Source: an uncultured bacterium (GTDB taxonomy: Bacteria > Chlamydiota > Chlamydiia > Chlamydiales > SM23-39). Taken from it: a DNA stretch of 64,000 nt. Position numbers and translations under genes: made by a program. This document shows positions 10,100 to 20,063 of the stretch, in pieces (the first letter of the stretch is position 1; each line of letters opens with the position of its first letter). The notes beneath the pieces are model-generated. The model searched no databases. It saw nothing but the letters and a program-made list of their open reading frames with translations, and was not told where the DNA came from. Where the stretch lies: positions 199-64,198 of the forward strand of contig CAZVXF010000005.1 of assembly GCA_964630875.1 (NCBI GenBank), written 5' to 3'.

Positions 10100-10202
10100 A
10101 AGGCGTTTGTATAAAGAATTTCAAGATTTTTGTGAACAAAAAGAAAAAATCATCAAATTTTGCGCACAGAGCAAGTGTGCAACTGCTTCGACTAAATAAG
10201 AA

Positions 10203-10289
10203 CGGAGGGAGTGGGATTCGAACCCACGAAACGCTTTCACGTTTACACGCTTTCCAAGCGTGCTCCTTCAGCCACTCGGACATCCCTCC
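10203..10289 (-). tRNA. tRNA-Ser (anticodon GGA), class II with a long variable arm
   Basis: The minus strand reads GGAGGGATGTCCGAGTGGCTGAAGGAGCACGCTTGGAAAGCGTG...GGTTCGAATCCCACTCCCTCCG. It has a 7-bp acceptor stem, a TPsiC arm GGTTCGAATCC and the anticodon loop TTGGAAA. CCA is not encoded. Confidence 0.9.
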
Positions 10290-10414
10290 ATAAGGAAGGG
10301 AATATCTTAATGCAATCGAGATAAAAGAAACAAGAGAATCTGTAAACGTTGCGCACAAAGCAAACGTTGCAATCCCCTCTTGATCTATATCTCCTAAAGA
10401 ACGATACTTACTCC

Positions 10415-11269
10415 ATGAAAAAAACCTGTTTTCTAATTTTGTCTTTACTCCTGTTTTTCTCCTGTGGGAAAAGGGATTTTTCATCCTCAAAACCGACCCT
10501 ACTTGTTAGCGTCGCCCCCTATCAGAAAATTGTAGAAAAAATTGCGGGAGATTCTTTCCAAGTACAAACGGTCGTCCCTCCCGGTTCGAACCCTCATGCT
10601 TACGAGCCAACGCTGAGACAGATTGGAGCCATTGGAAAGGGATTGATTTGGTTTCGCATTGGCGAATCTTTTGAAAAAAAAGTTTTTCCAGTTCTCCAAG
10701 AAAAAAATCCTCTTTTGACAGATTGTGATTTAAGGGAAGGACTGTCCCTCATCCGCGAATCGGCATGCCATTGTCATCATGAGGTTCAGGAAGACCGCCA
10801 TTTTTGGTTAAGTCCAAAAATTCTTATTCCGCAAGTCCATACGATTGCAAACGTTCTGGCAAGTCGCTTTCCTGAAAAGCAAGCAACTTTTCAAAAAAAT
10901 TCTGAAGAGCTGATTCGAGAGCTCGATTCTTTAGACATTGAAATCAAAACAATTCTTGAACATGCGCCAAGCAAATCGTTTCTTGTGTCCCATGCAGCCT
11001 TCGCCTATTTTTGCAAAGAATACGATCTTCATCAATTTTCGATCGAATATGGCGGGAAGGAGCCGACAGCAAAGCATTTAACGCAGCTCATGCATGAAAT
11101 GCAAGAATCAAAAGCAAAAGTTGCAATTGCGATGCCTCAACATTCAAATAAAGGAGTTGAACTCATTGCAAATAAAACAGGAATGCATCTTCACGAAATT
11201 GATCCATACGCTTCCGACTATGCAGAAACGATGCGCGCTTTAGCACAGTTAATGGTGCAAAATGATTAG
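10415..11269 (+). CDS. Metal ABC transporter substrate-binding lipoprotein (ZnuA/TroA family)
   Basis: Lipoprotein signal MKKTCFLILSLLLFFSCGK and a His/Cys-rich loop CHCHHEVQEDRH typical of Zn-binding ZnuA-like proteins. The start was moved from 10349, which lies in an intergenic repeat, to the Met preceding the lipobox. Confidence 0.8.
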   Translation: MKKTCFLILSLLLFFSCGKRDFSSSKPTLLVSVAPYQKIVEKIAGDSFQVQTVVPPGSNPHAYEPTLRQIGAIGKGLIWFRIGESFEKKVFPVLQEKNPLLTDCDLREGLSLIRESACHCHHEVQEDRHFWLSPKILIPQVHTIANVLASRFPEKQATFQKNSEELIRELDSLDIEIKTILEHAPSKSFLVSHAAFAYFCKEYDLHQFSIEYGGKEPTAKHLTQLMHEMQESKAKVAIAMPQHSNKGVELIANKTGMHLHEIDPYASDYAETMRALAQLMVQND

Positions 11270-11981
11270 CCTCTCGCAGCTCCAATTTGCTTATGATGAT
11301 CAGCTGATTTTGAAGCAGAATGCGCTTCAGATTGAGCAAGGAACTTTTGTTGGAATCATCGGACCTAATGGTGGTGGTAAAACAACTCTTCTCAAACTTC
11401 TCATGGGCTTTTTACAACCCACACAGGGTCAAATCCGCATTTTTGGAGAAACACCTGAAAAAGTTCGGACGAAAATCGGATATGTACCTCAAGTTCATAA
11501 ATGCGACCGAGAGTTTCCCATCACCGTTCATGAACTTGTTTTACTTGGAGCTCTCTCAAATCACTCCATTCGATATTCAAACGAAATGAAAGAAAGAGCC
11601 TTGCAGCTCATTGAAGAATTAGGTCTTTTAAATCACATGAAAAAATCCTTCGGATCTTTATCTGGTGGCTTAGCTCAAAGAGCCTTGCTAGCTCGTGCTC
11701 TTCTCTGCGATCCGCAACTTTTACTTCTCGATGAGCCCACTGCGAACGTAGATCCCATATCGACCACCCTCATTATTGATAAACTTGAATCTCTAAAAAA
11801 ACAAAAGACGATTTTAATTGTGACCCATGATTTGAGAACGATCGCTGAAAAAGTGGATCAAATCCTCTGCGTACAAGGCCAAATCATGACTTACAAACCC
11901 GAAGAAATTTGTGAACATTTTGCATATGGCCTTTATCACACCCCCTTATTAGGAAAATCACCTTATGTTTTTCAACGATAG
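11262..11981 (+). CDS. Metal ABC transporter ATP-binding protein (ZnuC-like)
   Basis: Walker A GPNGGGKTT, signature LSGGLAQR and Walker B LLLLDEP. Confidence 0.85.
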   Translation: MISLSQLQFAYDDQLILKQNALQIEQGTFVGIIGPNGGGKTTLLKLLMGFLQPTQGQIRIFGETPEKVRTKIGYVPQVHKCDREFPITVHELVLLGALSNHSIRYSNEMKERALQLIEELGLLNHMKKSFGSLSGGLAQRALLARALLCDPQLLLLDEPTANVDPISTTLIIDKLESLKKQKTILIVTHDLRTIAEKVDQILCVQGQIMTYKPEEICEHFAYGLYHTPLLGKSPYVFQR

Positions 11982-12798
11982 TTTTCTACAAATGGCCTTT
12001 TTTGCAAGTCTACTTGCCTCTTTTGCCAGCGGCACAATGGGCGCATTTGTTGTTGTAAAACGGATTGTCTTCATTGCAGGCAGTATTTCGCATTCGATTC
12101 TCGCGGGAACCAGTTTTTGTCTATGGCTGCAAAAAACACAAAACATTTCTTGGATCACACCGACATACGGAGCCTTTGCTGCAGCCGTTGGATCGGCCCT
12201 TCTTTTAGGCTGGATTCATCTTAAGTACCGCCAAAGAGAAGACGCTATTATCGCAGCGATTTGGTCCACAGGAATGGCTATAGGAATTATTTTTCTCTCT
12301 GTAACTCCCGGCAATAATGTGGAAATGATGAATTTTCTTTTCGGCAATATTCTTTGGATTACAAGTAAAGACCTTCTTTTACTAGGGTCTCTTGATCTCC
12401 TCATTATTCTTGCCGTCGTCTTCAATTACAAAAAATTTCTTGCGCTTTGCTTTGATGAAGAGCAGGCTCTTTTAAGAGGCATCCCTGTCAAAAAACTCTA
12501 TCTGCTTCTTTTGAGCATTATTGCAATTACCATCGTTCTCCTCGTGCAAATCATTGGAACTATTCTCGTGATCGCTCTTCTCACGATCCCTGCCACTTTT
12601 GCAAGCCTTTTCACACGAAATCTTCCAGCAATGATGATGGTTGCAACCCTTCTGAGTGCGCTTTTTAGCTTTGGAGGACTGGCTACTTCCTACTTTTTAA
12701 ATTGGCCAGCGGGGGCAACCATCGCACTCTTTTCAGCTGCCTGTTATCTCATCGCATTATTCGCTAAAAAGAAAAGGTTTGCATTGCTGAAAAAATGA
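11965..12798 (+). CDS. Metal ABC transporter permease (ZnuB/TroCD-like)
   Basis: Polytopic membrane protein in an operon with the two preceding genes, with the typical ABC-3 family hydrophobic pattern. Confidence 0.85.
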   Translation: MFFNDSFLQMAFFASLLASFASGTMGAFVVVKRIVFIAGSISHSILAGTSFCLWLQKTQNISWITPTYGAFAAAVGSALLLGWIHLKYRQREDAIIAAIWSTGMAIGIIFLSVTPGNNVEMMNFLFGNILWITSKDLLLLGSLDLLIILAVVFNYKKFLALCFDEEQALLRGIPVKKLYLLLLSIIAITIVLLVQIIGTILVIALLTIPATFASLFTRNLPAMMMVATLLSALFSFGGLATSYFLNWPAGATIALFSAACYLIALFAKKKRFALLKK

Positions 12799-13799
12799 AA
12801 AATGCAATTCTGAAATTTTTCTGCAAAATTCTGCCCATCCCCAAAAACCCTTTAAAAAACAGAATCCTTGTTGTATCTACGACAGCTCTAGGAGATACTT
12901 TATGGGCAACTCCGACTCTTGAATCATTGAGAAAAAGTTTTCCCGATGCCTATATTGGCGTACTCACACGCAGAATCGGGGAAGAAGTCTTAAAAACAAA
13001 TCCCTATATCGATCAAATTTTCGTTTTAAAAAAACCTCTCTTTTCTCTTTGGAGATCTCTTTACAAAAGGCATTTTGACACGGTTTTAATCCTGCACACC
13101 TCGCAAAGAATTGCTCTTCCCCTCTGCGCCCTCATAGGAGCCAGAAGAATCATTGGTACATGCGGAATGAATAAAGGTCTGGATTCTCTTCTTACCTGTG
13201 CAATCAAACCTGCCTACGAACATGAAATCCTAAGGCGTCTTCGAATGGTTGAGAAGATCGGCGGGCAGATACACACAGAAACTCTTAGCTTCTTTCCTGA
13301 AACTGATTCCTTTCAATTGCCTCCTGGGAAATGGATTGCCCTTCATCCAGGATCTAAAGACGGATTTAAGCGTTGGCCTGCACGTCATTTCGTCGCTGTT
13401 GGCAAAAGTCTACAAAACGTTGGTTACCAAATTCTCATTACAGGCACGGAAAAGGCCTTAATGGAGGAAATTTCACGCGAAATCTCCGGCTCTCGAATCC
13501 TCCCATCGACTGGACTCCATCACTTTGCAAACCAGTTAAAACAGGTCAAATTCTTGATTTGCAATGACACAGGTCCAGTTCACTTAGCCTGCGCTCTGAA
13601 TCTTCCCGTTATTGCCATTTATGGGCCTACAGATCCTCACCTTTGCGGGCCCCATCACGCAAAAAATGCCACCATCCTCAATGCACCCCCAACCTGCACT
13701 CCTTGCCTAAAACGACAATGCAGAGCTCCCTTCTGCCTACTTCAAATCAGCCCAACCCAAGTACTCGAACAAGTTCTTCTTCAAACAATTTCGACGTAA
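12795..13799 (+). CDS. Glycosyltransferase family 9 (LPS heptosyltransferase-like)
   Basis: N-terminal motif ILVVSTTALGDTLWATPTLESLRKSFP and C-terminal CNDTGPVHLA motif, characteristic of GT9. Confidence 0.8.
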   Translation: MKNAILKFFCKILPIPKNPLKNRILVVSTTALGDTLWATPTLESLRKSFPDAYIGVLTRRIGEEVLKTNPYIDQIFVLKKPLFSLWRSLYKRHFDTVLILHTSQRIALPLCALIGARRIIGTCGMNKGLDSLLTCAIKPAYEHEILRRLRMVEKIGGQIHTETLSFFPETDSFQLPPGKWIALHPGSKDGFKRWPARHFVAVGKSLQNVGYQILITGTEKALMEEISREISGSRILPSTGLHHFANQLKQVKFLICNDTGPVHLACALNLPVIAIYGPTDPHLCGPHHAKNATILNAPPTCTPCLKRQCRAPFCLLQISPTQVLEQVLLQTIST

Positions 13800-13904
13800 A
13801 TCACTGACATTCAATCTATTATATTAATACCGTAAATTTGATTAATAATTAACAATTATGTTATAATTAACTTTATAAAAGATAATAAAAATGAGGTTTG
13901 TTTT

Positions 13905-14729
<825 letters not shown>

Positions 14730-14873
14730 TAACCCTCTTTATTTTTTTAGTCATGAAATTAACATACGATTATCAATTAAAACAAAACATTTCATTTAAT
14801 ACTCACATAATTTATATCCAATCGAAAAATATTATTGACGGACAAGGATACTAAATTTTTAGTTTCGATAGAG

Positions 14874-15203
14874 CTATACCCCTATTTTTTCTATAATTTT
14901 TTTATCTTCTTTTGAAGATGAGACTAAAAGTGATCCATAAAGAGAAGCGACCATACCAACAAGAGTGACTCCGCTGCCAACGCAGGTAACTATTATATCT
15001 TTGTTTTGAATTCCTTCATAAACAACTTTGGCCCCTATGACAGAAATCGCTGTGCCTACAGATTGCATAGCTCTTCCATACTTTAAGTCATTGTAGGCTA
15101 CCTGCTGCTCGAAAAAATCTAAGGAGCCCTTCACTTCGGCCTCTTTATTTAACGCGTATTCCAACAATTGAGCCTTTTGCGTGTCGCTAGAAATCTTGCT
15201 CAT
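14874..15203 (-). CDS. Small membrane protein with a bilobed hydrophobic domain (Inc-like), paralogue 1
   Basis: Paralogue of 14367..14729. Two hydrophobic lobes are separated by the short loop EGIQNKDIIV. Confidence 0.6.
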   Translation of the reverse strand: MSKISSDTQKAQLLEYALNKEAEVKGSLDFFEQQVAYNDLKYGRAMQSVGTAISVIGAKVVYEGIQNKDIIVTCVGSGVTLVGMVASLYGSLLVSSSKEDKKIIEKIGV

Positions 15204-15268
15204 AAACTCTCATTATTTTTTTTAGTCATGAGATTAACATACAATTAGCAATTAAAACAAAACCTTTT

Positions 15269-15419
15269 AGAGGGAATTGCAAAACTTGCAATGTGTGCAA
15301 AATTTGATGATTGGTTCAATTTGTGCAAATTGACATAACCTATTGGGCTCTTCTGCAATTTGCAAAAAATTGAATCCAAGGGCAAATTTGGAGCCAAATG
15401 GAGTTTTGCAATTCCCTCT
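15269..15419. repeat. 151-bp MITE-like element with perfect 17-bp terminal inverted repeats
   Basis: agagggaattgcaaaac (15269..15285) and gttttgcaattccctct (15403..15419) are exact reverse complements. The interior is rich in TTGCAA/TGCAAA sub-repeats and is non-coding. Confidence 0.6.
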
Positions 15420-15423
15420 TTAT

Positions 15424-16608
15424 TTACGATTTTAAAAGACGAACAATTTCCGACAAAGCACGGATGAAATAATCGACTTCTTCTTCCGTATTATAGATTC
15501 CAAACGAAACGCGCATAGCAGACTTGAGTCCAAATTCTCGCAAGATCGGCTGCGCGCAAAGATGTCCGCTACGAATTGCAATATTTTGCAAATCCAACAT
15601 TGTTGTGACATCAAGTGGGTGGACCCCTTCAATTGTGAATGTAATGAGCGGTCCTTTTTCTGAAGAAGTTCCGATGATTCGCAATCCTGGAATCTGTAAA
15701 AGACCTTTCGTTGCTCTTTCGAGTAGCTTTTGCTCATGTTGCGCAATCTTATCCAGGCCAATACTTAAGATAAAGTCGATTGCGCTTTTTAGAGCTATTA
15801 CAGGGCCTATAATGGGTGTTCCTGCTTCAAAACGCAAAGGAGGCAACTGATATGTTGAATGGTCGAGCTCTACCGTCTGAATCATATCACCTCCTCCTTC
15901 GATGGGAGGCATTTTCTCGAGGAGTTCATATTTACCATAAAGAACGCCTACACCTGTGGGACCATAGCATTTATGCCCTGAAAATGCGAAAAAATCACAA
16001 TCTAAATCCTGTACATCGATTTTCATATGCGGAGCACTCTGCGCTCCGTCGACAAGAACTACGGCACCATGTTTATGGGCTTCTTTTGCGATTTCTTTCA
16101 TTGGATTCGTGGTTCCTGTCACATTCGAAACATGAGCGAGCGCCACAATTTTGGTTTTCGGTGTGATCGTGTTCTGCCAGAGAAGCTCGCCTTTTTCGTT
16201 CACTGAAATGTATTTAAGGATTGCGCCTGTTTCTTGTGCAATCATCTGCCAGGGAACAATATTGGAATGATGCTCCATGATCGAGATCAGAATTTCATCG
16301 CCAGGTTTTAAAACCATTTTGCCATAGCTTCGAGCGACAAGATTAATGGAACTGGTTGTGCCACGCGTAAAAATAATCTCCTCAGAACGTTTCGCATTGA
16401 GGAATTTCTGTACGGTTTCTCGAGTTGCGTTATAGCGATCTGTAGCAGAAAGCGATGAGCGATAAATCGCGCGGTGCACTGTTGCATTTTCTTGTTCGTA
16501 AACACAAGTCAATGCATCGATGACCACTTTTGGCTTATGAGTCGTTGCGGCGCTATCGAGATACACAAGATCTGGATGGTGAGCGAAATAGGGAAAAAGC
16601 TCCTTCAT
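15424..16608 (-). CDS. sufS: Cysteine desulfurase SufS (class V aminotransferase)
   Basis: PLP-lysine motif [12 protein letters not shown]-terminal active-site Cys region RSGHLCAQP, and suf operon context. Confidence 0.9.
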   Translation of the reverse strand: MKELFPYFAHHPDLVYLDSAATTHKPKVVIDALTCVYEQENATVHRAIYRSSLSATDRYNATRETVQKFLNAKRSEEIIFTRGTTSSINLVARSYGKMVLKPGDEILISIMEHHSNIVPWQMIAQETGAILKYISVNEKGELLWQNTITPKTKIVALAHVSNVTGTTNPMKEIAKEAHKHGAVVLVDGAQSAPHMKIDVQDLDCDFFAFSGHKCYGPTGVGVLYGKYELLEKMPPIEGGGDMIQTVELDHSTYQLPPLRFEAGTPIIGPVIALKSAIDFILSIGLDKIAQHEQKLLERATKGLLQIPGLRIIGTSSEKGPLITFTIEGVHPLDVTTMLDLQNIAIRSGHLCAQPILREFGLKSAMRVSFGIYNTEEEVDYFIRALSEIVRLLKS

Positions 16609-17579
16609 GGAAGACAGTCCGCAAGCTCTTGGACAAAGCCTCTGATTAGGTACTGCTTTGCATCATCCAAAGAAATTCCACGAGAGGTGAGATAGAACAG
16701 AGCTTCTTCATCCAGCTGTCCTAGTGTCGCGCCATGCGATGCTTTTACGTCGTCAGCAAAAATTTCAAGGTTTGGCTTCACATTCACTGTTGCTTGATCG
16801 CTCAATAGTAGATTGTTGCACAATTGATAGCCTTGCGTTTTTTGGGCATCGGAATGAACAAAAATCTTCCCTTCAAAATTTGTTTGGCTTTTCCCTTTCA
16901 GAAGCGCTTTAAAATGTTGCCGAGATTGCGTATGCGGAGCCAGGTGTTCGACAGTTGTATAAACATGACTGTGAGCTGCGTTGTCTAAACAGATCAAACC
17001 TTGTAAAAGTGCCTCGGAATTCTCTTCTAAAAGTTGCACTTTGACTGAATAGCGAGAATGCAGGGATCCTTCGTTGTACAATCGAAATGTTAAGTGAGCA
17101 TCTCTTTTGAGGCTTGCGCGAAGGTTATGAATCAGTTTTCCATCAGTCTCTTTTTGAACGTTTTTTAAAACCATTCGAGAGCCCGCGTCTAAAACAGCAT
17201 CAATATGCGCATTGACAGAATGTCCTTGCAAATCCCAATTTTGTTGCAGCTCAAGCTGAGCATTCTTGCCGAGAGAAAAAAGGATTCTAGGGGATGCTAA
17301 CTCGTTTTGTGTAAGCTCGTGTACAATGGATAATCTGACTTCAACCTTGGGCGGTATATAAATAAATACACCTTGATCGGCGAGAGGATTCTGAGTGCGC
17401 GCCATATAATTTTGAAGAAATACTCCATAGGTACGCATGGCCTCGTCCATCGGGAGACAAACGATTGAATCTGGGATGTGACTCTCTTGGAGAGAAAGAA
17501 ACCCATCCGTAAAGACGATCTGACAGCTCGTATCAAGCATAGCCTTTCTCTTCAAGTTCCAATGCAAGTGTAGCTCCAC
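16605..17579 (-). CDS. sufD: Fe-S cluster assembly protein SufD
   Basis: Located between sufC and sufS, with the SufBD-type C-terminal beta-helix motifs (PNLEIFADDVKASHGATLGQLDEEALFYLTSRGI). Confidence 0.85.
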   Translation of the reverse strand: MELHLHWNLKRKAMLDTSCQIVFTDGFLSLQESHIPDSIVCLPMDEAMRTYGVFLQNYMARTQNPLADQGVFIYIPPKVEVRLSIVHELTQNELASPRILFSLGKNAQLELQQNWDLQGHSVNAHIDAVLDAGSRMVLKNVQKETDGKLIHNLRASLKRDAHLTFRLYNEGSLHSRYSVKVQLLEENSEALLQGLICLDNAAHSHVYTTVEHLAPHTQSRQHFKALLKGKSQTNFEGKIFVHSDAQKTQGYQLCNNLLLSDQATVNVKPNLEIFADDVKASHGATLGQLDEEALFYLTSRGISLDDAKQYLIRGFVQELADCLP

Positions 17580-18255
17580 CGCTGCGAGTGATCACTCCAT
17601 TGGAAAGAACATGGACAAAGTCTGGGATGACGTAATCCAGAAGTCGTTGATAGTGGGTAATGAGAATGATCGCCCTTTTTTCGCAACGCATGTCATTGAT
17701 GCCCTTTGCAACCGTCCGAATCGCATCGATATCCAAACCCGAATCAGTCTCATCCAGAATACATAGATCAGGCTGAAAAAGAGCCATTTGAAGAATCTCA
17801 TTTTTCTTTTTCTCGCCGCCTGAGAATCCTTCATTGATATTTCTTTGCTTGAACTCTGATCGAATCTCCATCGTCTTCATTTGCTCATCTAACAACTCTT
17901 CAAACTGTTGCTTTGTGAGATCAGGCCTACGCGTTTTTAAAGCACCGTAGAGAAATTCGAAATTGGATACACCTGGAATTTCCAATGGGTATTGGAAGCT
18001 CATAAAAAGACCCGCGCGCGCTCTTTCTTCAACATCTAAATCAAGCAAATTTTGATCTTTAAAAAGAATTTCACCACTTGTCACTGTATACGCTGGATGG
18101 CCCGCAAGAACCTTTGCAAGCGTAGATTTGCCTGCACCATTGGGGCCCATAATTGCATGAACCTCTCCCGCTCGAACAGACAAGGATAGCCCTTTCAAAA
18201 TCCGGGTTTCCTCTGTATTTGCGTGAAGATCTTTGATCTCTAGTAACTTATCCAA
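17533..18255 (-). CDS. sufC: Fe-S cluster assembly ATPase SufC
   Basis: Walker [10 protein letters not shown], signature FSGGEKKK and Walker [11 protein letters not shown]. The ATG at 18345 would add about 30 aa overlapping the sufB 3' end. A TTG at 18255..18253 gives the canonical N-terminus (L)DKLLEIKDL and overlaps the sufB stop. Confidence 0.85.
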   Translation of the reverse strand: MDKLLEIKDLHANTEETRILKGLSLSVRAGEVHAIMGPNGAGKSTLAKVLAGHPAYTVTSGEILFKDQNLLDLDVEERARAGLFMSFQYPLEIPGVSNFEFLYGALKTRRPDLTKQQFEELLDEQMKTMEIRSEFKQRNINEGFSGGEKKKNEILQMALFQPDLCILDETDSGLDIDAIRTVAKGINDMRCEKRAIILITHYQRLLDYVIPDFVHVLSNGVITRSGGATLALELEEKGYA

Positions 18256-19675
18256 CGGAGTTCTCCAATTTAAGTGCGAGGAGCTTTTGCGCTTCTGCGG
18301 CAAATTCAAGTGGAAGCTCCTGAAAAACGTCCTTACAAAATCCATTCACGATCATATTGATCGCATCTTCTTTAGAAAGACCGCGTGTTTGTAAATAAAA
18401 AATCTGTTCTTCATTCATTTTCGAAGTAGAGGCTTCATGTTCAAGCTCAGATGTTTGATTGGCCCCTTCAATCGTCGGAAATGTATTTGCAGAACAACGA
18501 TTGCCAACTAACATCGAATCGCACTGTGTATAATTGCGGGCACCCAAGGCTTTTGGGAAAATTTTCACAAGTCCGCGATAGGTATTCATCGACTCATCCG
18601 CCGAAATCCCTTTCGAAATGATGGTCGACTTTGTATTTTTGCCAATGTGATACATTTTGGTCCCTGTATCGGCTTGCATTTTTCCATTCGTCAGCGCTAC
18701 AGAGTAAAATTCTCCAACGGAATGATCCCCTTTCAAGATACAGCTGGGGTACTTCCAAGTGATCGCAGCCCCAGCTTCCACCTGCGTCCAGGAAATTTTA
18801 GAGCGCTCTCCCTCGCATAAGCCACGTTTAGTGACAAAATTATAAATGCCACCTTTGCCTGTTTTTGGATCACCAGAATACCAATTCTGCACAGTTGAAT
18901 ACTTAATCTCTGCGCCCTTTTTTGCGACCAGCTCAACCACTGCTGCATGCAGCTGATTTGTATCGAAAGCCGGCGCAGTACAACCTTCTAAATAACTCAC
19001 ATATGAATCTTCTTCTGCAATGATGAGAGTTCTTTCAAATTGCCCTGTTTCTTTCTCATTGATTCGGAAGTAAGTCGATAATTCCATGGGAGATCGAACG
19101 CCTTTTGGAATATAGACAAAGGATCCATCCGAAAACACTGCAGAATTAAGAGCTGCAAAGTAGTTGTCTTGAATGGGAACAACTGAACCAAGATATTCTT
19201 CAATGAGGTCGGGAAACCGTTGAACCGCTTCCGAGAAAGAACAAAGAATCACACCCGCCTCTTCTAGCTTTTTGTAAAAAGTAGTTCCAATTGAAACGGA
19301 ATCAAAAACGACATCTACGGCTACATTCGCTAAACGCTTTTGCTCATCGAGAGGAATTCCAAGGCGCTCAAAAGTCTTTAAAATTTCTGGGTCTACTTGC
19401 TCCAAATTTTCAAGCCTCGGTTTTGACTTTGGCTCGGAAAAATAAGAGATATTTTGATAATCAATCGAAGAATAATGAACGCTTGACCAGTCCGGCTCTT
19501 TCATTGTGAGCCACTTACGATATGCTTTCAGTCTAAATTGGAGCAAAAATTCAGGCTCTTGCTTTCTGCGAGAAATCTCACGGATCACATTCTCATTCAA
19601 GCCTTTAGGAAAGACATCAGACTCAATATCCGTCACAAAACCGTATTTATACTCTTGCGCCTCTAAGATCGTCAT
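18248..19675 (-). CDS. sufB: Fe-S cluster assembly scaffold SufB
   Basis: 475 aa with highly conserved SufB motifs ([50 protein letters not shown]). Confidence 0.9.
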   Translation of the reverse strand: MTILEAQEYKYGFVTDIESDVFPKGLNENVIREISRRKQEPEFLLQFRLKAYRKWLTMKEPDWSSVHYSSIDYQNISYFSEPKSKPRLENLEQVDPEILKTFERLGIPLDEQKRLANVAVDVVFDSVSIGTTFYKKLEEAGVILCSFSEAVQRFPDLIEEYLGSVVPIQDNYFAALNSAVFSDGSFVYIPKGVRSPMELSTYFRINEKETGQFERTLIIAEEDSYVSYLEGCTAPAFDTNQLHAAVVELVAKKGAEIKYSTVQNWYSGDPKTGKGGIYNFVTKRGLCEGERSKISWTQVEAGAAITWKYPSCILKGDHSVGEFYSVALTNGKMQADTGTKMYHIGKNTKSTIISKGISADESMNTYRGLVKIFPKALGARNYTQCDSMLVGNRCSANTFPTIEGANQTSELEHEASTSKMNEEQIFYLQTRGLSKEDAINMIVNGFCKDVFQELPLEFAAEAQKLLALKLENSVG

Positions 19676-19767
19676 AATGAAGGATAATATACCAGCCGAT
19701 TCACTTAACAGTCAACTTTTTATATAATATAATTAAATAAAAATACAAAACTATTATAATAATATAT

Positions 19768-20043
19768 ATGAACAGAAACACAATTAAGCATTCTAAACTT
19801 GAGATGGAAGAAGATATTGCTAAAATTATTTTCCACCTTCACTATGGAAATCGAGTTTTAGGCGATGTGTTTCTCGATAATTTAAAAGCAAATGCCGTTC
19901 ATCTGTCCTCTAAAATTCAACAAGACGTTCTTATGTTCGCTGAGCAAGTCCATTTCCAGCATGATTATGACCCCTGGCACAAAGTGACCCCCGAAGTTCA
20001 AACAGCAGCAGATCAATTAATTAGCGATTTAAAGTTAATTTAG
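19768..20043 (+). CDS. Hypothetical protein (91 aa)
   Basis: ORF after a very AT-rich intergenic region. No recognisable motif. Confidence 0.4.
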   Translation: MNRNTIKHSKLEMEEDIAKIIFHLHYGNRVLGDVFLDNLKANAVHLSSKIQQDVLMFAEQVHFQHDYDPWHKVTPEVQTAADQLISDLKLI

Positions 20044-20063
20044 ATATAATTGCTCCGAAATCA

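Noticed and set aside
10100-10420. Integrated element or prophage at the tRNA-Ser gene
   Set aside because: There is no integrase and no cargo genes. The flanking direct repeats do not include the tRNA 3' end, and the neighbouring genes are housekeeping.
10017-10490. 157-aa minus-strand ORF spanning the nrdR-znuA intergenic region
   Set aside because: It runs straight through the tRNA-Ser gene (10203..10289) and the flanking repeats, and has no recognisable motif. It is most likely an artefact of an open frame.
17533-18345. Long form of sufC (270 aa) starting at the ATG at 18345
   Set aside because: The extra 30 residues overlap the sufB 3' end and are not SufC-like. A TTG at 18255 gives the canonical N-terminus, so the short form is preferred, although the start remains unverified.
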